Origin: an uncultured Gemmatimonadaceae bacterium
GTDB taxonomy: Bacteria > Gemmatimonadota > Gemmatimonadetes > Gemmatimonadales > Gemmatimonadaceae
Assembly (NCBI GenBank): GCA_963829055.1
Contig: CAWHHI010000020.1
Coordinates: forward strand, 352,001 to 416,000
Direction: 5' to 3'
Length of the DNA stretch: 64,000 bases
Numbering within the stretch: the stretch's first letter is position 1; the number at the start of each line of letters is the position of its first letter. Positions 32,043-41,346 of the stretch are shown in pieces. Below the pieces are notes generated by a model that saw only the letters and a program-made list of their open reading frames with translations, ran no database searches and was not told the DNA's origin. The translations under genes and the position numbers were made by a program.

Positions 32043-32639
32043 TCACGGTTTGGTGGTGTCGCGGCGCGCCGTCGAATCGCGACGGAGCGAGTCTCGGCGC
32101 GTGCTATCGCGTCGCAGCGCCGAGTCGCGGCGCGCGCGGACGTCCGCGCGGTATGTGGTGTCCGGCCGCAGCACGGGCGGCAGGACAGTCGTATCTCGCC
32201 GCGGCGGAGCCGGCTCGGCGACCGCGGGCGTGGGCGGCGGCGCGGCCGGCCTTGCGAAACTGACATTGAGGGCCGTCAGCACTGGCTCGAGATCCGCACC
32301 AGTCAGGTGTTGCTGGCTGCGAAAGCACTCGAATCCGCGGATTGTTCGCTGCCCGATGACCCCGTCAGCGGTTCCGGCGTCGCACCCAGCGCGCGTCAGC
32401 GCCTGCTGAACTTCCGCTGCTTGTTCGGCCGAGAACCCGTAATTGGGAAAAACCGCGCTGAAACGCGTACCCAGACGGGTGAGGTCGGTTTCACCACGAG
32501 ACTCAGCCTGAACTCGACGCGCCGTGTCCTGCGGCTGCGGTGCCCGAGTCGTGTCCCGGCGACGTGTCGTGTCCGACTGTGCCGACGCGATCGCCGGTAG
32601 GACCGCGACGGCCAGAAGCGTAAGCGTTATCCGAGACAT
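32043..32639 (-). CDS. Secreted protein with peptidoglycan-binding-like domain and RRD(S/T) repeats
   Basis: Signal peptide ASAQ; VQQALTRAG.DAGTADGVIGQRT; AGGAG SD. Confidence 0.75.
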   Translation of the reverse strand: MSRITLTLLAVAVLPAIASAQSDTTRRRDTTRAPQPQDTARRVQAESRGETDLTRLGTRFSAVFPNYGFSAEQAAEVQQALTRAGCDAGTADGVIGQRTIRGFECFRSQQHLTGADLEPVLTALNVSFARPAAPPPTPAVAEPAPPRRDTTVLPPVLRPDTTYRADVRARRDSALRRDSTRRDSLRRDSTARRDTTKP

Positions 32640-32785
32640 CCTCCTCTCCTGTCGGACAACTCCGACGACTGCGACGCTTTCCGTCGACGCTCCCCTGAGC
32701 GTCAACCAGAGCAGTACGCTCGTCGCAATCCGTACGCCGGCTCGGGTTCGGCGGACGAAGTCCCCGTCGAGGCACTAAGTCATTC

Positions 32786-33628
32786 CTAGTAGATGTAGAC
32801 TTGCGTCTCGAGTGGGATGACCTGGTAGAGCCAGAGGATGTCCTCGTCGCGGAGGCGAATGCAGCCGTGCGTCGCCGCCTCGCCGATGGATGCCTTGTGA
32901 GGTGTGCCGTGCAGGAGGATACCGTCGCCGGTGTCGAGGGAGTGGAAGCCGAGCTCTCCTTCGATCCTACGGTTCACGCTGCTCACAGGTGGAATGAACA
33001 ACGTGCCGTCGAAGACGATCTCTTCGTTGGTTGGCAGCGTCGCGAACTCGCGCGATGCGGCGTCAACGACACCGACGGTGTCGTTGCGGACCTCGAGCCA
33101 GTTGCCGTCACTCAGTATCGTCCGCCGCCGCTTCATCGCCGCGAGCGCGAGCGAGTGATCACGCGCGACCTCGGCGTAGTGCCAGTCGGGAGGAATCCAT
33201 ACCGGGTTCTCGTGCTTCGCGAGCACGCTGCGTATGCCGCGCGGCGTTTCGAAGCGCCACGTCTTGCCGCTGTACTCGAGCGTCGAGTCCGTGGAGACCG
33301 CGACCGGGGCGCTGTACAGCGTGTCGGAGCCCAGCATCAGCCACAGCTGGCGGTCGTTGAGCGAGATGACGATGCGGAGACCCGTTTCGAGAAGCGCCGC
33401 GCTGCGCGTACGCACCGACGCAACGCTATCCCTGCGCGAGCGATAGCGAGAGGGCATCACCAGTGCGGGCGCGAGCGTGTCGAACGTCGAGTCTACTTCA
33501 CCGTCGGCCGATGCTCTCCGAGCAGGCTTGGACCTCGGGTGACCCTGCGCCCACGCGAGCTCGCTGACAGTGACGATCGCACAGACGGCGAGCAGTGGGC
33601 GCGATATGCTCGGTGCGAGATGAAACAA
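32786..33628 (-). CDS. L,D-transpeptidase (YkuD family)
   Basis: IVISLNDRQLW, NPVWIPP, LLHGTP...THGCIRL. Confidence 0.9.
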   Translation of the reverse strand: MFHLAPSISRPLLAVCAIVTVSELAWAQGHPRSKPARRASADGEVDSTFDTLAPALVMPSRYRSRRDSVASVRTRSAALLETGLRIVISLNDRQLWLMLGSDTLYSAPVAVSTDSTLEYSGKTWRFETPRGIRSVLAKHENPVWIPPDWHYAEVARDHSLALAAMKRRRTILSDGNWLEVRNDTVGVVDAASREFATLPTNEEIVFDGTLFIPPVSSVNRRIEGELGFHSLDTGDGILLHGTPHKASIGEAATHGCIRLRDEDILWLYQVIPLETQVYIY

Positions 33629-33707
33629 GGTGTGGTTGCGTTAGGTCACGGGCGAGGTGCAATCACCTCGGCCACCAGAGCTTAGACCCAGGCGAGGAGC
33701 ACGACAG

Positions 33708-33723
33708 TTGGACTTTGGTCCAA
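33708..33723. promoter_or_regulatory. Class B 6-4-6 operator with perfect arms
   Basis: TTGGAC-TTTG-GTCCAA, 80 bp upstream of the L,D-transpeptidase. Confidence 0.7.
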
Positions 33724-33743
33724 ACGCCACCCGTTGAGGCCGT

Positions 33744-34157
33744 TCAGAGTGCCGTCTCGCGCGGAGTGGTCATCACTCGCTCGATGGCGGCGAGTAGCTG
33801 ATCAGCTCCGATGGGCTTCCGCAGATACTCGGTGACACCGGTGGCGACGTAGCGCGCCTGGGCTTCGGGCGCGTCATCGGCGGTGTACACGATGGTCGGA
33901 AGGTTCACACCACGGTGGGCGAGATGCTGGTGCAGCTCCAGCCCGGTCATCCGCGGCATGTGCGCGTCCAGCAGCAGGCAGTCGGGGCGCGTCGCGCCGG
34001 CCTCGAGCGAGTCGATGAGCTCGCGGCCGGAGGCATAGATGGCGGGGTTCAAGCCGAGTGCGCCGCAGAGTCGGCGGAGAGCGATACGAACCGACTCCTC
34101 GTCATCGACGATCGCGATCGAGATGCAGTTGGGCGGCGGCATATGATCAGAGGACAT
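33744..34157 (-). CDS. Single-domain response regulator
   Basis: IVDDEESVR, CLLLDAHMP, YLRKP. Confidence 0.9.
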   Translation of the reverse strand: MSSDHMPPPNCISIAIVDDEESVRIALRRLCGALGLNPAIYASGRELIDSLEAGATRPDCLLLDAHMPRMTGLELHQHLAHRGVNLPTIVYTADDAPEAQARYVATGVTEYLRKPIGADQLLAAIERVMTTPRETAL

Positions 34158-36258
34158 CGGTTGACACGCGTGAAAGGTTGGTCGGTCCGCCTAACGCCAC
34201 TGCCCGCGGGGGCGCGACCGGCGCGGAGCTGAGCAGGCAGTGGACGGTGGCGCCTCGATCGGCGTTGTTCTGGGCCCACATGCGGCCACCATGCGCTGCG
34301 ACGATGGTCCTCGAGATCGAGAGTCCGAGACCGAGCCCTTCGGGCTTCGTCGTCACGAACGGCTCGAACAGTCGATCGATCACGGCCGCGGGAATCCCCG
34401 TGCCGCAATCGTGCACGGACAGATGCACGTTGCCCCTCGCATCGGAGTTCACGATCACGGACAACCTCCGATCGACCGGCGGCGTGGAGCTCATCGCCTC
34501 GCATGCGTTGACGACCACATTCAGCAACACCTGCTGTAGCTGCACACGATCGCCGAACACCGGAGAAATGTCGGGGGCGAAGAGCGCAGTCGCGACGACA
34601 CGACGGGCAATCAGCTCGGCATGTGCCAGCTCGAGTACCTCGTTGACCAGCTCTACCGGAGCTAGCAGCTGGGAACATACCTCGTTGCGATCGAGCAGCG
34701 CCCGAAGGCGTTGAATGACGTCGGCGGCGCGCTGGTTGGACGTGATGATGTCCCGAACGATCGCATCGAGCTCCTCGAGATCTGGCTGGTCGCGCGTGAG
34801 CAGAATTCGCGCGGCGCCCGCGTTGCCGGCGATGGACGCCAGCGGCTGATTCAACTCGTGCGCGAGAGCGCCCGAGAGTTGGCCTAACAGGGTGACCCGC
34901 GCGAGGTGCGAAAGCGCGCGTCGCTGCTCCTCGATTTCCATCAGCGCGTGGCGGCGTTTGGTCTCGTCGGCTCGCGTCACGACGGCACCGCCATCAGGTC
35001 GCTCGAGCGTTTCGACGCTGAAGACGGACCACGTCCGTTGGCCGTTCCGTTCGTGATCGTACTCCATCTCGAAGCGGTGTTGGTCGCGATTGAGCACGCG
35101 CAGGACGCCGGTCAACGCTCGGGCCGCGATGGGATCCCCTGTCTCTGCACCCAGGCGACACGCGCCCGCGTAATCGTCTCCCACACCGGCGCGCTCGAAT
35201 CTCAACACGCCGGACGTCTCGGCGAACCGCCGCCACGCGTCGTTCACCTCGAGGATAGTGCCGCGCGCATCGATGATGGCGACGTGATCGGGGAGTGACG
35301 CCAGAAGCGCGCGATGGAGCTGTACTACGCCATGCCTCGCCGTACTGACCGCGGCAATGCAGAGCACCGGGAGCGCCGTCAGGAGCACGAAGCCCTGCAG
35401 CACGAGCACGTTCTGGGCAGGCGATGATTCGAGAAACGGTCCGAAGCCGCGGTCGGCGCCCAGCAATGAGATGAACGTGGCCGCCGTGAGCGTGAGGCTC
35501 GCGCCCGCGGATCCGAAGCGAAGCGCCGCCCAGATGAGGACTGGCAACGGCGCGTACAACCGCTGAAGTGCGAAGTGCCACGGGCCGCTCGGAGGGACGA
35601 GGAACGCGATCGCGGTTGTCGCGACCAGCGCCCCGGCGAGCGCCATCGCCTCGCCCACTCGCCGTTTGTCCGCCCGGTGCCAGGGCCGTCGCAGGCCGCT
35701 CGTGGCCAGGAGAACGAATGCCGGAAGCATCGTTAGGCCGGTGAGCGCGTTGGACAGGAACCAGGCGCTCCACAGCTGCCGGTACGTCCCCGATCCACCA
35801 TGCAGCACGGCGTTTGCGGCGCCTATCGTCGCCCCGACCGCCGGTGCGATCAGCGCTGCACAGGCAACGAACATCCCCAGACTTCTGACGCTATCGAGAC
35901 GCGGTGGTCCCTTGAACACACGACCCAACAGCACGGCGGCGGTCAACGCGCGCGCGATGTTGGCGACGTCGGAGAGCAGGACCCACGACACGCTCCACCG
36001 CGGCCAACTCGTCACGAAGTGCATGAGCATGGCCACCAGGATGTATGGCAGCCACTTGCGCCGTGGTGATACGAGGAGCGCCGCGGTGAGCACCGCGTAC
36101 GGCGGAAAAAGAACGGCGCTTCCGAGGTCGGGGTAGCGGAACAGCGATCCGACCAGATTGCCTAACAAGCAGGCCAGCGTGAACATCCAGAGCCCGGGCG
36201 CCAGGGATTGCGTCCGTGCGTCCGCTTCGGGATCCGTAGTCGCGCGGTCTTCGCTCAT
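34147..36258 (-). CDS. MASE1-PAS sensor histidine kinase
   Basis: MASE1-type TM region (PAVGATIGA, WFLSNALTGL, LIWAALRFG); LAHELNQPL, QLQQVLLN, GLGLGLSISRTI. Start MSEDRAT inferred. Confidence 0.88.
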   Translation of the reverse strand: MSEDRATTDPEADARTQSLAPGLWMFTLACLLGNLVGSLFRYPDLGSAVLFPPYAVLTAALLVSPRRKWLPYILVAMLMHFVTSWPRWSVSWVLLSDVANIARALTAAVLLGRVFKGPPRLDSVRSLGMFVACAALIAPAVGATIGAANAVLHGGSGTYRQLWSAWFLSNALTGLTMLPAFVLLATSGLRRPWHRADKRRVGEAMALAGALVATTAIAFLVPPSGPWHFALQRLYAPLPVLIWAALRFGSAGASLTLTAATFISLLGADRGFGPFLESSPAQNVLVLQGFVLLTALPVLCIAAVSTARHGVVQLHRALLASLPDHVAIIDARGTILEVNDAWRRFAETSGVLRFERAGVGDDYAGACRLGAETGDPIAARALTGVLRVLNRDQHRFEMEYDHERNGQRTWSVFSVETLERPDGGAVVTRADETKRRHALMEIEEQRRALSHLARVTLLGQLSGALAHELNQPLASIAGNAGAARILLTRDQPDLEELDAIVRDIITSNQRAADVIQRLRALLDRNEVCSQLLAPVELVNEVLELAHAELIARRVVATALFAPDISPVFGDRVQLQQVLLNVVVNACEAMSSTPPVDRRLSVIVNSDARGNVHLSVHDCGTGIPAAVIDRLFEPFVTTKPEGLGLGLSISRTIVAAHGGRMWAQNNADRGATVHCLLSSAPVAPPRAVALGGPTNLSRVSTDVL

Positions 36259-36750
36259 CGCGTGCCGCTCGAGACATTCACTGGAGGAATCCGCCGCGCC
36301 GCGCCATCCGACCGCGACGTTGTCCAAAGCTGCCCCGAAGAGTTCCGCGACGCCACTCACGCCAATCGGTGGCGCGGCGTCCTCACCGGCACACTCGGGC
36401 ACGCGCCGGAGCAGATCCAGCGATGTACGACGCCACATCTTCGACGAGGCGCCGGAAGCGCGGGGCCTCCGACGGACGCATGCGCGAGAGCGTGTCGAGC
36501 GCATCGCGCACCGCCGCCACGACGTCAGGCCGTATCCGTTGATCGTCCTGGCGCGCGCGAACAAGGCGGCGACGCCGCCCATCATTCCGGCCTGCACGAT
36601 CGTGTATGCTCGCCATGCGTTGGTCCCTGGGTTCGCTGCGAAGTCGACGGAGGCAGCCTGATCGTTAGGCTCCGCCGACTGCCGTGTCCGGCAAGCCTAT
36701 CCACGAGGCAGCCAGCCAGTCATTGGACTTTCGGCCTAGTGGCCCGGGAA

Positions 36751-39700
36751 TCACAACAGCAATCGGGCAAACCGACCGAGCCGGCGCTGCCATTTGCTGT
36801 AGGGTGGTATCAACTTGTCGAGCTCGGCTTCCGTCTCGATCCAGGTACTTCGCGTCATGAGCGAGAAAAGATCGAAGAGTCCCACAGCGCCGCTCATGCC
36901 CGACAGAACGAACAACGCTTCGCCATCGAGGAGCATACCGCGAGGGTCCTGATTCATCGTGCCGACGGTGAAGTAGAATGACATACGCGCACTGTCGGCT
37001 GGCGGACGGTTCGCGAGATACGCTTTGAGCAGGGTCTGGATCGCGGCTGCCCCTGCTGTCGTAACGCTGTCGTCGTACAGGCCGGTCTTGGTGCCGCGCT
37101 GGGCTTGCAGGGCGCGGGCGATGATCGTCTGGATCACGACCTCGCGCCACTCCGGCCGCGAGGCGAGCCGGGCGAGCGCAGCGGAATCGGCGAAGAATTG
37201 CGTCTTCCGATGCAACTGTGGCAACCGTGGTACTTCGTCGCGGCCGAGCTCGAACGGACGGTATCCCTTGCGTTCGAGTACGGCCGGCGCACTGTCGAGG
37301 ACCGCGAGGACACCTGGCGCGAGCGGGACCAGGTCGTGAAGCCACGGGTACCGATCCATTCCCGCGCGCACCGCACGTGACTGCTGGACAATGTCGTTCA
37401 CGTCTTCCTTGGCCGTATAGAGCCCGACTCGCAGCTCGCCGCCGGCTTTTTTGATCTCGTTTGTGAATTCATGGCGCACCTCCAGGAGCCGCAGCATCAC
37501 CTCCTGGATGCGTGACATTCTGCGGAAAGCCCGCGCTCGGTGCATTGGCGAGTGCCGGCGCGACGATGAACACGCGGCAGCCGCGGAGGGCTGCACCCGC
37601 GAGCATCCCCGCCCACCCGCTCGCGAGCCAGAGTCCGTCGGGGACGATGATGACGTTGCCGGGAGGCGACAGCGTGTAGAGCATTGCGCGCGCAATCGAT
37701 GCCTGCTTGGCTCCGAAGCCGGGCTCGTTATTCACCAGGAGCGCCCGACCCAGCTCGCTCGCCGCGACCGCGTCGCCATCATCGAGCGAGGCGTTCGTCG
37801 CCCGGCACGTATCGCAGCGAGGTGTTTCACGGAGCACCGGCGGAATCTCGGACGTCCTTGAAGCTGTTCAGTTTGAGCAATCGTCTCGCGGCGGCCCGCA
37901 CCTCCAATATGGCAGGCCCGCGAACGAGCATGCCGCGATCCTCCCAGGTCGGGGTCGCGTAATGCTCTCCGATACCCACCCCGGACAGCAGCATCCCACC
38001 CCGCTGCGGCGCCGATTCGGTGACGTCGTAGAACGCGATCTTCCGGTGGTCGCGCATGAGGTTATCCGGAAGCAGCGGCAGATTCGAAACGAGATGGTGG
38101 CTGCGGAACGTGAAGTCGCTCGGTTGCGTGATGCTCACGTGCACCTTGACGGTCCGTCGCAGCCAGTCTTCGCCACCGTGGCGGGCCGCGAGAGCCTGGA
38201 GCCCGTGCGACTGCAGGACCGCCTCACGCAGCGTTCGCTGCCGGTCGCGGAGGATCGTCTCCAGCGAGTCGTTTCCGCGCGGTAATTTGATCGTCGCGCC
38301 TAACGGGTCTTCCAGAATCGACATCCAGAGACGCCCGTTGTCAGGCTCGTAGAAGTTCTGGTCGAGAAAGAAGTAGTACGTCGTCAGGCTCCCTGTGCTG
38401 TCGAATCGCGCGACGGCCTGTGTGAGCGCCGGGAAGTACACGTTGGCCGTCTGCGCGAAGCCGACGCGGTCGACGTTTCCGGACGATCGCTGTCCGGCAT
38501 AGTCGTGAAGCCAGAGGACATGGTAGTCACGCGCCGCCAGGATCGTCCGGGCGAGCTCGATCTGCAGACGGTCCTCGCGCAGGTACGTGATCTCGTTCCC
38601 TCGCGTGAACGGTCGCCCGACGACCCGCGCGATGAGGGCGTCGACCTCTGCCTGATCGTCGTGCTGGTCCGGCGTGAGAGCGAACTGCAGCGGAAGCCAG
38701 ACGCGGCGCGAGTCGGACCACTGATTGGCGAGATGGTCATGGACGGCGACCACGGACGCGAGCCATTCCTCGTGCACGCGGACGACCGCGAGCCGCGATT
38801 CGTTCGTTAGGCCTGACGAGTCGGCCATCCACGCCTGCAAGTCGGCCCGCGTGGCATTGAGCAGCGGTGAGAGGAGGCTACCGCGCTCGCGTTCCTTGAC
38901 CTGGCCGAACAGTGCGTCGTACGGGATCAGGAACTGGGCGAGCAGTCCCGCGCGCGCGCGCCGAGCGACGATGCTGCCCAGCGCCGTGTCGCCGACGGCG
39001 ATGGCGAACGCCCGCTGGAGCGACGCTGCGTACACGCGCTCGGCCTCCTTGAACGTGTGCCCTTGAGGGTAGTCGGCCGAGACACGCAGCATGGTCTCGC
39101 GCGCGACTCGGGACATTTCGCGCATCTTCTCCGCGTCCTTCGCGCGATCGGTCTCGTGACGTTCGCTGAAAAAGTTGCTGGAGGCGGCGATCAGGAATGC
39201 GGCCTCTCGGACGAGACCGAGCGCGGTGTCGGCACTCGCCGGCAACGGTCGTGCCGGCCGCGCGCGTGACTGTTTCGCGCGGGTTGGTGATCGAGCGCGT
39301 GCGGTCCGTCGCACTACGGCGAGCAGCCTCGCGCAACAGATGCCCCGGTATTCTGCGGACGCGTTCTCCCAGCGTATCGCTGCCAGAGCGGGAGCGTGAT
39401 GCCGACATTGAATCCGCTGCTCCGCGACGGAATCCAATCGACGCGAAGTGTCGACCCGTTACCGAAGAGGCCACCGCGTCGAATCGCCGTGTTCAATGAC
39501 AGCATGAACGCGAAGTTGTTTTCCCGCGCGTCCCAGTCGACGCCGTAGCCGAGGTTCGCGGCGCGCGTCACGCCGAGGAGACGGAGGCCTCCCGTCGCAC
39601 CCCCGTCGGCCGCCAACACATACGCTTCGGACGAGAGTCCGAACATCCCGTTGACCGGGCTGCCTCTGGGGTGGAACAGACCGATCACCAGCCCGCCCAC

Positions 39701-39934
39701 CGCGTCGTTGTTGCGTCCGAAGGTGGCAACGGCCGACGTGTAGGCTTGCCAGAGCGGTGGTTGGCCCATTGACGTGATGGACGGAATCGCCGGCGGGCCG
39801 ACGGGAGACTGCGCGTCGGCTGGCGCGGACGCGGCAGTCGCGGCAAGCGCCACCCACCCGGAGATTGCCACCCGCGCCAGCGCGCGCGACGCGCGACACG
39901 CGACGGATGCGTCGCCTAGCAAGTCGTTAGGCAT
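36751..39934 (-). CDS. Large secreted phospholipase D-superfamily protein (3 frameshifts)
   Basis: Pieces 39314..40069, 37827..39437, 37469..37837, 36751..37695; DHRKIAFYD and LHRKTQFFAD (HKD-type), VGTMNQDPRG; signal-like SAPADAQ. Confidence 0.7.
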
Positions 39935-40657
39935 CGAACAGTCTCCGATGCATGCGGTGAGGCCCACGCTCGTGACGCATCGCCGGCGCGAGCCAACGGG
40001 GCTCGGCGCGCGACGCGAGATGAGGAACTGAGTGAACATCGCGCCAAGAACACGCACGGGCGCTTCCACTTAGGTCCAATGGACCAGCGCAGCGTCGATC
40101 CGAGATTTCGCGAGAACAGCGCGTCGACTCGACCGACTCATCCGTGGTCATGCCTGCCCTCTGACTGCGACGCGCCGCCGCGTTCGCGCGTCCACGGCGA
40201 GGCGCACCGGCGGAGAACACATGCGAAGCGCGCTGCCGGTTTGGCGGGTGGGGGCGGCCTTAGCCTGGGCGCACAACGCTCAGGGCGTCGCGGACGTTAG
40301 GGAGGTATGAAGGTGTACAGCCGTGTGATCGCGTCGCCGCCCCAGTCGGGACGGCCGCGCCCAGGCTAGCGTGAGTCCGCGATGCTATTGGCCTAAAGTC
40401 TTATGTAGGCAGGAAACCGCCGCCTGCGGCCCCTCCTGTCAGTCATCGCGGGAAATCGCTAACCTTGCAGGCATGCCCACGTCGCAGGCATGCCCACCTC
40501 GTCCGAACTGGCGCGAGGCAGGGCGATCAATCAGTGGTCCAAACTGGGTCTTGGATCAGATGGTGGCTGACCGCCTCCATCCTTGTGCGCAACACCTGAG
40601 GCCCATGATATTCGCCCACAATTGGGAGAGTGTGTGGTACTGCCAATTCCAAGCGCC

Positions 40658-41308
40658 ATGACTGACGAGACACCAACGATCACGATCGTCGACGATGATG
40701 ATTCGGTGCGCCGCGCACTCTCACGCCTGCTCCGCGCGAGCGGGTATCTCGTCAAGACCTATTCCTCAGCGCCGGAATTTCTGAGCGACCGGTCCCCGAT
40801 CGACGCCAGGACCAGCCTGTCTGCTCATCGACGTTCGAATGCCCGGCCTCAGCGGGCTCGAGCTGCAGGCCCTTCTCAACGACGCGAAGAACGACTCGGC
40901 GGTCGTATTCATGACGGGCCACGGCGACGTGCCCACCGGCGTCAAAGCGATGAAGTCCGGGGCGATCGACTTTCTCCTGAAGCCGTTCACTCGACGATGA
41001 GCTGCTCAACGCCGTGAGCCGGGCGCTCCAGTGGAACGCCGAGTTACGGCGTCCGGCGCCGGGACATCGACGAGCTCGAGCGTCGGGAGGCAAAGCTGAC
41101 TCGCCGTGAACGAGAGGTATGCGCTCTCGTCGTCACGGGGAGGCTCAACAAGCAGATTGCCGCCACGCTTGGCACGAGCGAGAAGACGGTGAAGGTGCAT
41201 CGATCGCGCGTCATGACCAAGATGGAAGTCGCATCACTCGCGGAGCTCGTCCGGACGGTCGAGCGACTCAATCGGGCTCATTCGAGCGCCGAGGCGAGCG
41301 GACCGTAA
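40658..41308 (+). CDS. FixJ/NodW-family response regulator (frameshifted)
   Basis: IVDDDDSVRRAL; shifted frames give FMTGHGDVPTGVKAMKSGAIDFLLKPF and LNKQIA..GTSEKTVKVHRSRVMTKM. Confidence 0.85.
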
Positions 41309-41346
41309 GCCCGTCCATGCGTTGAGACCTCGAGTGCTGAGTACCC

